A stretch of 64,000 bases of DNA from Octopus bimaculoides (lineage: Eukaryota): NCBI RefSeq assembly GCF_001194135.2, contig NC_068993.1, positions 25,071,845 to 25,135,844 of the forward strand. The letters run 5' to 3'. The stretch's first letter is position 1; each line of letters opens with the position of its first letter. Positions 11,881 through 26,391 of the stretch are shown piece after piece. Position numbers and translations under genes: made by a program. A model generated the notes under the pieces. The model ran no database searches. It was not told where the DNA came from and saw only the letters and a program-made list of their open reading frames with translations.

Positions 11881-13145
11881 GCTCTTTAGTTTCCATCCAC
11901 CAAATCCACTCACAAGACTGTGAGATGCCCGAGGCTATAGAAGACAATTGCTCAAGGTGCCACACAGTGGGACTGAACCATGTAGTTGGGAAGCAAACTT
12001 CTTACCACATAGCCATGCCTGCACCTATGCAAGGAATAGCTAATGATCTAGTTGCAATACATCTGCAAGAGTTTCCTTGGTAATTAATGCACAAATGCTC
12101 TTTCTAAGATCTAATTTTCTGGATAAGAGATTACTAGAACATATCTTCATCATCATTTTAACATCTACTATGCCATATTTGCATGTGTTGGACAGAATTT
12201 GTTGAGCTGGATTTTCTATAATCAGAAGCCTTTCCTGTTACTAATTCCAACCTGTTTGTTCACAAGATTAGAAACAAAGGACACTGCTTACTTGATGGTG
12301 ACACTAGTTTACAACTCTCACATGGTGTCAAGGCAAGAAACAGTTAAAACACACACACACATATAACAGACTTCTTTCAATTTTCGTCAACTAAATTCAT
12401 TCACAATGATTTAGTTGGCCCAAGGCTATAGTAAAAGACACATGCAGTGAACCAAACCCGGAACCATGAGGGTGGGAAACAAATTTCTTACAACACAGCC
12501 ATGCCTGCACCAAATATTATAATTTACATTGTTTGAATTATTTAAAAATTACCAAAAATTATTTTTAAATGACCAATATTTCAATTTTTAAAAAATCATT
12601 TAAAGATTTAACGATGTAATTACAGCTTAGTGCTCAATCTTGACTTTGTTTCCTCATGCATAATTTTCAATGAAATTTTGTAGTGATACATTGTTGAAGA
12701 TGTAAATTACAAATATGTTGATAAAATTAAAATAAAGAAAAATTCATACCCTTTTAACCACCCAACAGCTTGCTCAAAATTATTGTACAACTGTATCTAT
12801 GACATTCTCTTAATTGATAATTATTACCATTGATGATAAAAAAAAAGGCAGCTATTTTTTAGCAGACAACAGTACAAATTGAATGTAATCAATACAAATC
12901 AAAATGATTTATATTTGTAGGCCATATGTGAAATGGGAAACTTTTTTTCCATGCTTTCCAATTAATGTTGACAATAACATCACTCAGAATAATGTCATAG
13001 ATTTTTACTTTGATTTTTTTTGTTTATTGTTGCTGTGCAATGATTTTGAGCAAGTTATTGAATGCTTAACAAAAAAGGTATGGACTTATTCTCTTTTTGA
13101 GTTAAAAAAAAGTTAATGCAACAAAATTCCACTAACAATTGTAAT

Positions 13146-13380
13146 CATCATCATCATCATCATCATCGTTTAACGTCCGCTTTCCATGCTAGCATGGGTT
13201 GGACGATTTGACTGAGGACTGGTGAAACTGGATGGCAACACCAGGCTCCAATCTAAATTTGGCAGAGTTTCTACAGCTGGATGCCCTTCCTAACGCCAAC
13301 CACTCAGAGAGTGTAGTAGGTGCTTTTACGTGTCACCTGCACAAAGGCCAGTCAGGTGATACTGGCAACGGCCACACATC
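13146..13380 (-). repeat. Solo RTE 3' tail copy
   Basis: (cat)n followed by the same conserved tail. Similar copies at about 2305-2760, 13975-14460, 17022-17230, 17305-17830 and 24450-24880 (all minus) and 42475-42950 (plus). Confidence 0.8.
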
Positions 13381-15445
13381 TTCAAAAATGCATCTCTACA
13401 AAATTTCATTAAAAATTTAGGAAATTATGAAGAAACNNNNNNNNNNNNNNNNNNNNNNNNNNNNNNNNNNNNNNNNNNNNNNNNNNNNNNNNNNNNNNNN
13501 NNNNNNNNNNNNNNNNNNNNNNNNNNNNNNNNNNNNNNNNNNNNNNNNNNNNNNNNNNNNNNNNNNNNNNNNNNNNNNNNNNNNNNNNNNNNNNNNNNNN
13601 NNNNNNNNNNNNNNNNNNNNNNNNNNNNNNNNNNNNNNNNNNNNNNNNNNNNNNNNNNNNNNNNNNNNNNNNNNNNNNNNNNNNNNNNNNNNNNNNNNNN
13701 NNNNNNNNNNNNNNNNNNNNNNNNNNNNNNNNNNNNNNNNNNNNNNNNNNNNNNNNNNNNNNNNNNNNNNNNNNNNNNNNNNNNNNNNNNNNNNNNNNNN
13801 NNNNNNNNNNNNNNNNAAGAAAATAGTGGTCATTCAACTGCATGACTTTGCTACAAAATCCATTATATTTTCATTTAGTGTTCAGCAGCACCCTCACAGC
13901 ATATTGTGGCACTAACCTCAAGGACTGCTATTCACAAGAAAAGTTAGCAAAAGTTCGAAAATTGTACATGATGATGATCATCATCATTTAACGTCCGTTT
14001 TCCATGCTGGCATGGGTTGGACAGTTTGACTGGGGACTGGCAAGCCAGGAGGCTGCACCAGGCTCCAATCTGATCTGGCAATGTTTCTACAGCTGGATGC
14101 CCTTCCTAACGCCAACCACTGAGAGTGTAGTGGGTGCTTTTTACATACCACTGGCATGGGAGCCAGTCAGGTGGCACTGGCAGTGGCCTGTGCTACCAGC
14201 ACAGGAGACAGTCGGGGCAGGGGGCTGGCTTTGACCTCGTTCAGATGGTGCATTTTACATGTCACCAGCATGGGGAGCCAGTCAAATAGCACTGGCAATG
14301 ACCTATGCGTGAATGATGCTTATTGCATGCTACCAGGCAGCACTGGTATTGGCCACAACTACAATTTCCATTTTGATTTGACTGAGATCGTGATTTTGAT
14401 TTTACTTGACTCAAAGGTCTCCTCAAGCATGGCATGTTGCCTGATGATTCAAAGTACTTTTTATATTTATCTCACAAAATATATCTTTCTAAAAAATGCA
14501 ATCAGAGAAAGGAGAGATCATTTGTTAACCTAATGACGTTCAAGTAGAATGTTGAATGAAATAAATTTTGTTGATTACTATGCTGAGGAAAAAAAACTAT
14601 GGCTGTGACATAATTGTTGTTCTTTACCCACAATTATGGCAACACTTGAATGCTAAGGGTGCTGTTTTATTCTATCTCTGAATGCAGAAGTCAATGTCTC
14701 ACCAGATGGTGAAACAACTCTGTAGGTGTATCAGCCTCTTCCACTGCAACACAAGAACTGCCTGAGGCCACCCACCGATGCAGACAAAAAAACTCCCCCA
14801 CAACAGCACAAGCTTTGTTGAACCATATTTATTTATACACATCTAAAAAGTCAGTGTTGTGGGGAGACAGTAGGAAGATGGAGGTAAAAGGCACGAGTTT
14901 TCTTGCCTTGTGACTAATAAAAAAGTTCAATACACCTGAAGTACCAAGAGATTGAGAGGTTACTTGAATTTCCAAATTATGTTACGGACAGGTACAGTTA
15001 GAAGTTTAGAATCACAGGGATCCCTTGTTTACAGACCAAAGAAAGGGTGCTGTCATGACAGTTGTGTTTATTTCAATGGTTTAAAACAAAAGGGCCCCTA
15101 ATATTTCAGAATTATAATAACCAAAAATCTCAGTTAGATCAAACAGAGTAATTTGCCCACCCTCTTGTCAATCCTCACAGACCAACAGTACCAGTCCAGT
15201 TACTAGGGTCAATTATTTTACCTGCATCCTCTCCCCTCATTATTTGTTGGTATGTACCAAGGTAAGAAATCAACATCATAACTTCGCTTCACGTAGCATT
15301 AAGTTGTAAGCTCATTTTTCTTTCCCTATCATCAACTTTTGTAATATACTAATATCAATAATGCAATGATATTTTAAAAAATGAATCTAATATAATAATG
15401 GGCACAGTGTTTTTATATATTTGTGTGTATGTGTATATATATGTG

Positions 15446-15478
<33 letters not shown>

Positions 15479-15649
15479 AGATATATATATATATATATAT
15501 ACCTATATTTGTCCAAAATCACAGAGTATGAGAAAGAGTAGTATAAGTGAAGGGAGAGGAGAGAAAATAGTAATTCAGTGAAGAAGTAGAGTAAATAGCC
15601 ATGACTGAGTGATAGAAAGTAATAGTGATGAAAGACTGAAAAGAAACAG

Positions 15650-16100
15650 GTCTTCCTTGGCTTCAACTGCCTTGAGTACGTCAGAACAGATTTCAACCTT
15701 TCTGTCCTTCAAATCAGATGTCAACGGCTGAGGTACCCATTTTGCACACAATTTCTGATACCCAAAGTTTTATACCATCCTCTGTAATATTACCATGGTC
15801 CAGTTGTACTGAAAGCTTCATTGTGACTCATCTGTCTATGTGAATCAATTCATCCACTTGTTGGCAATTAGAGTCAGGGGTCACAGCCAGTGACCTTCCA
15901 CTGTAGGTTCTGTCTTCATTGTTGGTTTTCCTTGCTTTAAACTTCATCTATCCATGCACATTGCCCTTGTTAGTGTAAATAACCTGTAATCTTCTGTGGA
16001 TGTCAGACAGCCTGCAACCCTCTTTCATCAAGAACTCAAAGATAGCATGCTGCTTCTGCTTGGAAGCCATTATTTGTCGACAGTGAAGAACAGGAAGAAG
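15650..16100 (-). mobile_element. Mariner 5' fragment
   Basis: MASKQKQHAIFEFLMKEG...GYQKLCAKWVPQPLT (WVP motif). Confidence 0.8.
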
Positions 16101-16630
16101 AATTACTTTGCCAATTTGAATGATCTATGTTAGTAAATACAAAAATAATGCTACTTTTGCATTACTTCTTATATAATCCTTCATTATAAAATTTTTAAGA
16201 ATCAGTGTTAAGTTATTAAATAAATCCTTAGTAGTATTAAAAGGGGAAAGAGTATAAGAAAAAAAGCTTTATAGTATTTCACCCCATGACAAAATGTCAT
16301 TATTTGGCTATATTACTCCACTATAAAATGTATGTAAAAACAAGTGAATTTAGTAAGTATGATAATAGTACAAAAATGGATCAATTCATTGAGAAAAAGT
16401 CATGCATTATGAGAATAAAATCATAGTGGTCATTCAACATCACAAACTTGAAAGAAATGGTGCAGAAATGGATCTAGCTGAACAACAAGCATGACATACA
16501 GAAGACATCTACGATGACCATCAGTTTAATTAGTCATTTCAAACTAGTGATTATAGAGAATAGATGTTATGGTTACGTTTCTAATTTCATACTTTTATCT
16601 GATTCTAGGTGATTGGTTAAGAGAAAGATA

Positions 16631-16672
16631 TGCTACTCATATAAAGATATTGGTCATTTTGCAAGTATATGC
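16631..16672 (+). mobile_element. Isolated decayed gag-type zinc knuckle
   Basis: CYSYKDIGHFASIC fits CX2CX4HX4C with the second C read as Y. Confidence 0.4.
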
Positions 16673-18258
16673 AAATCAACCAGTCCCACAACTTCAGTAA
16701 AATTTCTGTTCGCATTAATATACACGGCAATTAACATCAATAATCAACGTCGTAATTGTGTTAACATCCACTTTTCTATGCTTACATGGATAAGATGGAG
16801 TTTGTTCAGATAGATTTTCAACAGTTGAATGCATTTCTTGTCACCAACTGTCACTTATTTCCAAACAAGGAAATATTTTCCTATAACATGTTTTCATAGA
16901 AGACTAGAAACAAATGGTACCTTTTGTAAAACAGCAACAGTGACATAGGTTTAAATTATCATTTGATGCCCAAACAAGGAGGCATAAACACATATATACA
17001 TATGCACATAGTATGTTTATATCATCATCATCATTATTTAATGTCCATCTTCCATGCTGGCATGGGTTGGACAGCTTGACAGGAACTGGCAAAGACCACA
17101 GGCAGCACGAGGTACCATACACTGTTTTGACTTGGTTTCTACAGCCCTTCTAAATCCAACCACTTTAGAGTGTACTGGGCACTTTGTACATGACACCATC
17201 ACCAATGCCTTTTACATGGCCATCAGTAGGCTCAGCATTTTGAGATTGGCCTTCAGTACTTCATCCCATGTCTTCTGGGGTCTCTCTCTTCCACAACTAT
17301 ATATCATCATCATCATTTAATGACTACTTTCCTTGCTGGCATGGGTTGAACAGTCTGACAGGAGCTGGCCAGCTGCAGAGCTGCCCAGACTCTGGTTTGG
17401 AATGGTTTCTATGGCTGGATACCCTTCCTAATGCCAACCACTTAACAGGATATGCGGAGTACTTTTATAAGTCACCAGCATGGGTGCAATTACATGCCAC
17501 CAGCACTAAGTGCATCTTATGTGGCACTGGCATGAGTGCATCTTATGTGGCACTGGCATGAGTGCATTTTACATGGTACTGGCACCTGCAAGACAAAGAC
17601 CTCTCAATCGGTAGAGGGAGTGAAGGCATGGCCATAAAGGACAAGCCTGTATGTATGGATGGTCATGATTTTGCTTAGCTTGCTATGTCTTTTCCAGGAC
17701 AGCAAATCGTCACAAGTCCCAATCCCTTGTTATCTCCTCAGTGAGGCTCAACATTTAAAAATCCTTTCTCACCATTTCATCCCACATCTTCTTGGATCTA
17801 CCCTCACCCGTATGTGTGTGTGTGTGTGTGTGTGTGGTAACAATATTCTGTATTTTCTAAATTTATACCCTTGTAACAAAGTAAGAAATGATGGTTAATA
17901 ATGTTTATTATTAGGATTGATTACACAGTTGTGATGTTTAGATTAAAAAAGATAATTGCTATAAATATATTACATTCATATATATAATTAAGTTGACCTC
18001 TGTTAATTTAAACACATGATGCATGATAATTCTGATTTACAGCTGAGCAAGTATTAAAATATGAAGATCACTGATCCATGATGGCCCAGGCTATTAATAT
18101 GTCTGATCACTTCAAACCACAAAGAGAAAGAGCTTTATGAATGTCAACCATTCTAATCAGAGCCATTATCTCTATACAATATCATTTTTAACATATGCTT
18201 CTTGATTTGTTGTTTTATTATTTACATACATATGTATCTGTATGCATGAGTGTATGTG

Positions 18259-18304
<46 letters not shown>

Positions 18305-18361
18305 CATCATCATCATTTAACATCCATCTTCCATGCATGCATGGGTAGGATGGTTGATAGG

Positions 18362-21300
18362 AGCTGGATTCCATGCTGTGCATGGTGGTTATGGCTTTGG
18401 CCATAAAAAGGAGGAGAGAAGAAGACTACTGGAGTTCTGTGATGCAAATGATCTCACGATCTGCAACACTAACTTCAGAAAATCAGCAAGCTAGCCACCT
18501 AATCACTTATCAGTCTGGTGAAAATATAAGCCAGGTTGATTACCTCTTCATCAGGCAACAAGATAGGCTGATGCTCACAAATGTGAAGAATGTATACCCC
18601 AACGTAGGCTACTAGTTTGTAACTTTAAAATTAAGGCTAGAGAGACTTGGAGAAATAAACCATGCTGGAAAAGAAGATTATGGAAGCTCAAAAACCCAGC
18701 AAACCAACAGAAATCTAGAGACATTCTACTGGAAGCCTATGATGATAGAGAGGAGGAGGAGGAAGGAACATATAGCTTAGAAAACAACTGGAAGTTCCTG
18801 TGGGACAATTTACTGGGTGCCACTGATTAAATCTGTGGCTGGTGCAAAGTCCCAGCTAGGCTGAGAGTGACATGGTGGTGGAACAAGGAGATGGATAGCA
18901 CTATAAAAACAAAGAAACAGGTCTGGAAAGATTAGAAAAATGGTGGAAGCAGAGCATTATATCAGGGAGCCAGAATGGGAAGGTAGGAAACAGATTTACA
19001 TAGCAAAACAAATAGCAGAAGGTAAGAAGTTTGCCAATAAGGATCAGAGGCATGACGTGTTCAGGATTGCAAAGCAGTGAATCAGAGAGAATAGAGATGT
19101 GGTAGGAGAGAAATGCATACGAATGGATAATGGTATGTTTGTGCTTAGTGACTCAGAGAAAAAGGATGTGTGGAGATACCATTATAAAAGGTTATTAAAT
19201 GTGGAGAATGATTGGAAGGTGAGTCTTTCAAATATCAAACCAATTGAGGGACCAGCCATCTTAGTGGATAACAGTAAGACAATTAAGGATATGAAGGCAG
19301 GAAAAGCCCATGGACCATCGGGTGTCACTGCCGAGATGATTAAAATATCAGGCAGTGTGGGATACAGCCTAATCACTCGCATAGTTAATCAGGTTATTCA
19401 GGAAGGCATCATCCTCAAAGACTGGTGTAGTAGTGTTATAGTTAGCTGTTACAAGAGTAATGGTGATGCCTTACACAGAAACAACTACAAAGGTATCAAA
19501 CAGGTAGACCGGGTCATGAAAATTACAGAGCAAGTCATATCTCAACTAATTAGGAATAGAATTAAACTAGATGAGATGCAGTTTGGTTTTGTTCCTCAGC
19601 AAAGTACCACAAATGTCATCTTCCTAGTGAGACAGTTGCAAGAAAACTATCTGGCCAAAAGTAAACCATTGTACTTAGCCTTCATCAACCTGGAGAAAGC
19701 TTTCAACAGGGTTCCCACTCTCTTATCTGGTAGTTTCTAAGGAAGCTAGGCATAGAAAAGTGGCTTGTCAGAGTCATACAAGCCATGTACAGTGATGCTG
19801 TTAGTAAGGGGAGAGTTGGTCTTGAATACAGTGATGAATTTAGCATACAAGTTGGGGAACTGCTATATGCTGATGACCTCGTTCTTATTGCAGAATCTGA
19901 AGCAGAATTGGAGAAGTTCCAGGTTTGGAATCAAAGGGATCTTAAAGTTAATAAAGCAAAAACTTAAGTTGTTAGCAAGAAAGCAGATTAGACTTCTTTC
20001 CGTCAGGTAAATGGCCCTGCTCAATATGTAGGAAAGGAGTGGGAAGCAATTCCATTTGCTGCACCAAGTATAAGCTACTGGTGCATAAGTGATGCAATAG
20101 AATCACATGTAGGTTAACAGATAAGATCACTTTTGTGTGTGGCATATGCACAGGAACAATAAGCACTAAGAGCACGAGGGACTTAGACTTTCTAAAATGC
20201 CCAGGAGGCTCTCTTGAGGTAGTAGATAGTTTCTGCTACTTAGGTGACCAAATTAGTAACAGTGGTGCATGCTCTGAAATAAGAATAGGATAGAGGAAGT
20301 TCAGAGAGCTACTACCTCTGTTGGCAACAAAAGAGCTATCTCAGAATGAACGGTAGATTGTATGAAGGTTGTGTACAAATGACTATACTACATGGTAATG
20401 AGACATGGGCTATGAATGTGGAGGAATGAAGGTAGTATGCTCTGTTAGATTTGCAACATCAGCATGCATGACCGACAAAGTGCACCTGTGTTGAGAGAGA
20501 AGTTAGGCATAAGAGGAATTAAATGTGGTATTCAGGAGAGGAGAATGCGTTGGTTCGGATGTATGATGCATATGAGTAAGTGCCTGTCACTGAAAGTGGA
20601 TAGTACCTGTGGAAGAGGGAGACCCAAGAAGACATGGGATGAAGGGGTGAGGACTGATCTTAGGATGTTAGGGCTCATGGAGGAAATGACAATGAACTGA
20701 GATGTTTGGCAATATGAGGTTCTAGAGAAGACCCGCCCATGTCAACGAAACTGAGTGCTAGAAGCTTTGTGTCCATCCACATGTAACAACAAACTTTTCA
20801 CACACCCTACTCCAAGAAACCAAACTACATCCTTTCTAAACTGCATTTTTCTCTTCTTCACATTTCCTCTTCACAAACTATGATTGCCTCCCACTCTCCT
20901 TCTCTGCCCTGCTTTCCCCCACCCATTTCTCTAACCAGGTTTTTGCCAGTCACTGCAATCCCCACTCCCTACTGGTACCTTCTTAGCAATACCTGACTCC
21001 ACATAATATGACCTCTGTACCTATCTCTTCCTTATTCTACCATCACATCTATGCTCTAATCCATGGATCTCCTCTACAGCAGCACACTTGTTTCTGCCCT
21101 TCATTCTTGATCACTCTCTCTCCTTCTTTTATTTTTTACCCCTGACTATGTATCTAAGTATTTCCTTTACATCAGCACACCTGTTTCTGTCCTCTTTTTT
21201 GTATCTCTCTCTCCCTCTCCTCTTTCTCTTCTCTCTCTCTTGCTGGGTAACCATGTACCTCCTCTATAGCAAGGCACCTATTTCTGTCTCTCTATTCTTC

Positions 21301-21575
21301 TGTCACGCTCTAACCTTTCATCATCTGATACCATATCACCCACTCCAATGCTTCCTGTGTTATAACAAAACACACGTTTCTACCTCTCTGTCACACTCTA
21401 AACTTTCATCATCTGACATAAGTTCCCCTCCTCAAATGCCCCTCCCCCTCTCAAGATTCCATGTCTTGCAAGTTACTTGGTGACCCTGCCAGTGCTGGTG
21501 CCATGTAAAAAGCATCCAGTCCACACTGTAAAGTGGTTGGCATTTGGAAGGGCATCCAGCTGTAAAAATCGTTCC
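18362..21575 (+). mobile_element. 5'-truncated RTE-type LINE (APE end, RT, PHD finger, long 3'UTR)
   Basis: QVDYLFIR, KAHGPSG, QFGFVP, LYADDL, GRGRPKKTW. Many stops and frameshifts. Confidence 0.9.
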
Positions 21576-23787
21576 ACAAGTTATTACACCTGTACTTTTA
21601 CAGGTGTAATAACTTGTCCTGTACTTTTCCATGTTATAATCTTAAGAATATGACTTTTCATGCTTGCATTTTTCTATGTAATAACATGAGTAAAATAGTC
21701 AAATGAATAACAAAGGCATGGCTGTGGGGTTGGGAAATTTGCTTTCCAACCACATGATTTCAGGTTCAGTCACACAGCATGGCACCAAGGGTATGTACAG
21801 TAATCCCTTGCCATATCACAGTTCACCTATCACGGTTTATTATTTAAGCTTACTGTATTTTCTGCTATAGCCCTAGGCCAACCAAAGCCTTGTGAGTGAA
21901 TTTGAATGACAAAATTGAAAGAAGCTCATCATATATACATACATATATATGTATATAACAAAACAGCAAGTTAAGAAAACTTCTGGTATTCACCATTATA
22001 CATGTTTCATTTCCTAATAAGAATCACAGTATGTGAGTATGTATGAATGTATATGTTCGTGTGCATGTGTGTGTGTGTGTGTTACTATTTCTTTGTCTTG
22101 ACATGGCATGATACTTCTAAACGAGCATCACTGCCATGTAAGTGGTGTCCTTTGTTTCCACTCTTTGATAAAAGTGTCTGGTCATGGGGGAATATTATGT
22201 TGCTTGGAAACAGGTGAGAGATAGTGAGAGTAAGGGCATCCAGCCATAGAGAATCTGCTACAATGAAATCCAGTTCACCTATGCAAGCATGAAAAATGGA
22301 AGCAATGATGGTGATGGCTGCTGACTTGTACAACAAGATTCAAAACCCATCATAGGTTTTAGACATGTCTCTAGGTAGGATACATTGACTCAATCCATCT
22401 AGCTTGTCTGTAAAACAGGGGTTACAATGATTCATATCCTATCAAGCAAGGAATGCTTTTCTCTCCTCTACTTAATATTAACCTTTTATCATTTAGATTA
22501 CTTTGTCAAATGAGAAGCTTATTCATTCACATTGTTTTGAATTAATCATGCATCACTACATAGCTTTGAAACTTTGAGGATGTGATTATTTCTAGAGTGA
22601 CACTGTAGAATACATGCGAGAGGCAGGATTTGGTCAGTTTGAACATAAATTGGGTAGGATATTTGGGCTGGATATGGCTGGTTTAAATGCTAAAGGGTTA
22701 AAATGATCTGAATTAAAAGTCAGCTTTATGAATCCTGCAATTTGTCACAGGGACTCCACTAAGCAAATAAACATTCACTGCTATTGTAGCAACAGAGATA
22801 TTTGTAAGAGACAAGTGTTATCAGTTATAAAATTTAAGGAGTCTCAAACTGAATGTATTTAGATAACATAATTACCATTATGAGCAGTAAAACAGTTGCT
22901 ATAGCCACAGGAAATAGGTGTTATGTTAATAGAGAATTGATCCAAGCTGAGAGATAAGTTTGCTGTTTGTGTATTTTAATAATACAGATCATACTGGAAT
23001 CCAATACTCAGTTCATCACAATTGTTTCTTGTAACCAAGCAGTTAGAAAGGGAGCTGCAACAGTAGAACTGCAGGGAAGAGAAGAGTTGTATTTTTAATG
23101 TGTCTAACTGAATTGAGGAAATAGTGTGACAGGAGGCAGTAAAAAAAATGATGATGAAATTGTGAGTACAACACTGCTAAAGAAGACAATGGTGATAACA
23201 GTGAGTCACTGCTGAGAAATAACACTCCATCTGACAATCTGCACCTGCTGATTAGTTACGGTTCAGCAACTATGAGACAGAAATGTTGGGAAAAACTATG
23301 AGCTTACTACATATACAACCCATAGCAACTAGTGAATGAGTTCTGTTAACCATTTCGATAGCAACCTACCTGGGACTGCACCTAGTTCTAAGAATACAAA
23401 ATTGATCATTTTAAAAAGTTCATCTTGAAATTTTGTGAGGTCACCAAGTCACTTACAAGTGCCCCTCAACTGAATGCGTGTTGGGGGAGGGGTAGTATTG
23501 AGAGAGGTGGCTTTATGCTAGGTGTTGAACTGTTAAGAAGTATGATAGAGGGACAGGAACAGGTGTCTTGCTGAAGAGGAGATACAGGCTTCCTCTGCTA
23601 GAAAGAGAAAGAAAGAGATGGTGTACCCTCAAGATACATGGAGAGAAGAGGGATGAAAAATCAGGTAGATAAGGTCATGAGCATGTGAAAGAAGAATGAC
23701 AGATGATTAAAGATGGGGATAGAAGTGGATTCAGTGAATGGGGTGGAGTGGGGTGGCACATGTGTGGAGGTATGGCCAATGGTGAAT

Positions 23788-23853
23788 ATTGTTATACTTG
23801 GGGATGGTCATCTTTTGGCAGTTAAGTATTTATTTGATCTTCACTTTAGTTTA

Positions 23854-23884
<31 letters not shown>

Positions 23885-24113
23885 GTTTATTCGTATGTCA
23901 AAGTTCTTTTGTAACACATTCTGTGACCTCTTCAGCAAATCTCTGTCCCTTGTGTCTCCTTCTGTCTGGCTTTTTCATTTTGTCTTTCAGTGGTGTGAAA
24001 GAACTTTGACAGGTAAATAGACTAAAAATAATAATAATAAAACTTAAGTGAAGATCAAATAAATAGTGTGTATGTTTAATTGGCAAAAAATGACCATCCC
24101 CAAGTATAACAAT
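23788..24113. repeat. Decayed foldback palindrome
   Basis: About 120-bp inverted arms (attgttatacttggggatggtcat / atgaccatccccaagtataacaat) with a spacer of about 88 bp. Confidence 0.8.
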
Positions 24114-25224
24114 GAATGAACAAGTTTTATCAAATCTTCCAAATTCCAGGTTGTTTTGAAATTTAAATGAAACATTTAAGCAGTGTATTTCATTAGAAAA
24201 ATACCATCAAAAGAGGAATGGGCTTACCATGAAGCTGAAAGTTCTGCTAGGCAGAAAGATATTTATGATAAAGAATAGGGGTAGGGCACCACCAACTATT
24301 TCCCATCCATAACCACTCCTCGGAAAATCAACAGAAGTGGACCAACAAGTGAGTCTATACATAGTTGCTCAACTGTTAGAAATAACATTATCACAAATCA
24401 CACTTGGTTATCTCATAAAAAAATTAGAAAGACAGCACTGGATATACTCATCTTCACCATCATTTGATGTCTGTTTTCCATGCTGGGATGAGTTGGACAG
24501 TTTGATAGAGGCTGGCGAGGCAGAAGACTACATGTGATTTCACTGTCTGTTTTGGCAAGGTTTTTTATGGCAGGATGCCCTTCTTAACACCAACCACTAT
24601 ACAGAGTGGACTGAGTGCTTTTTATGTGGCACCAGCAATGGCAAGGCCTGTTTCAGCATGGCTTTTTACAGTTGGATGCTCTTCCAAACACCAACCACTT
24701 TACAGTGTGGACTGGATGCACCAGTACTGGTGGAATCACCAAGTAACTTGCAAAGTAAAGATCCTTGGGGGAAGAGGCATTGAAGGAGGTGGCCATGTGC
24801 TAGGTGAAGAGAGGTTAGAGTATGACAAAGGGATAGGAACAAGTGTCTTGCAGTAGAGGATACATGGTTACCCAGTCAGAGAGAGAGAGAGAGAGAGAGT
24901 ATTCAAGAACAAGAGAAAGAGCAGGAGAGAAGTGGTGGTGAAGATAGGTGGACATGGCTGGAATGCTTATTACTTCTGGTCAACTCAATCAGAACTAACC
25001 TGGTGCGAAACAACAATAACCAAACGAAGCATCAGACTCCATATGTGGGTAATTAAGGAGATATAAGAAAACTCAGACAGCTTCAGTGGTGTTAGCTGGC
25101 AGAAAGGTGGGTGTAACGAAATCTTAAACATAAACAAACACTGTCATGTCTAACGTAAATTTTGTTGTAAATTGTTGTCGCCTTTTCAGAAAAATCCCAT
25201 ATTAGCTTATTTATCATCTTTCAT

Positions 25225-25828
25225 CTACTTGTTTCAGTCATTTGACAGTGGCCATGCTGGAGCACCACCTTGAAGGGTTTAAGTTTAAAAAAATCAACCA
25301 CTGGACTTACTTCTTTAAAGCTTAGTACTTATTCTATCAGTCTCTTTTGCCAAACTGCTAAGTTACATAAACACCAGTTGTTAAGCAGTGATGGAGAACA
25401 AACACAGGTATATTCTATTCTTTTATTTCAGTCATTTGACTGTGCCCAAACTGGAGCACCACCTTTAGTCGAACAAATCGACCCCTGTACTTATTCTTTG
25501 TAAGCCTAGTATTTATTCTATTGGCCTCTTTTGCTGAACCGCTAGGTTATGGTGATGTAAACATACCAACATTGGTTGTCAAGCATTGGTGGGGGACAAA
25601 CACAGGCACACAAACATATACATACAAACACACACACACACATATATATATATGTACATATATACGATGGGCTTCTTTCAGTTTCTGTCGACCAAATCCA
25701 CTCACAAGGCTTTGGTTGGCCTGAGGCTATAGTAGAAGAAACTTGCCCAAGGTGCCATGTAGTAAGACTGAACCTGGAACCATGTGGTTGGGAAGCAAGT
25801 TTCTTACCATAGTTATGCCTGCACCTAT
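25225..25828 (-). mobile_element. tRNA-derived SINE, family A, duplicated 3' tail
   Basis: tttcagtcatttgac segment is repeated. Head and body are the same as 7611-7954. Confidence 0.8.
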
Positions 25829-26359
25829 TTAAATATCTTTGCAAATCATTGTTAAACATCAATTTCTTACAATTAGTTTCAAAATATGACTCACCTTAAT
25901 GCTGGTACTTAATCTCATCAACATGACCACCACTACCTGAGGCTATAAAAGGAGTCTCTAGACTAGACTTCACTATAGCAACTGTAAAACTAACAATGCA
26001 AACACCTGTCCTTAATCCTAATGACAACCAGACTCACATGAAGGAGACCTTCAACAACAATCCTCAATACAGCTTTCACAAACGTGACAATACTGGAAGC
26101 AGCTGCTTCTGTGGTAACAGACATTATATCACTTTTCCAAAGTAAATAACAAAGCCATCAGATATTAAACTGATATATTTTACACTGGTGGTAAAATAAG
26201 TTGAATAATTAAAATCATTTCTAATTTAAAGGCAAGGTGACATATTTCGGAAGAGGGAGGGAAGTTGATTAATTCACCACTACTAGTATTTTACTGGTAC
26301 TTATTTTATCAACTCAGAGATAGCAAAAGCCAAAGTCAATTTTGACAAGATTTCATCTC

Positions 26360-26365
<6 letters not shown>

Positions 26366-26391
<26 letters not shown>

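Noticed and set aside
13212-13230. CTGAGGA-CTGGT-GAAAC in an RTE tail
   Set aside because: Five nt cannot form helix II, and the motif is absent from other copies.
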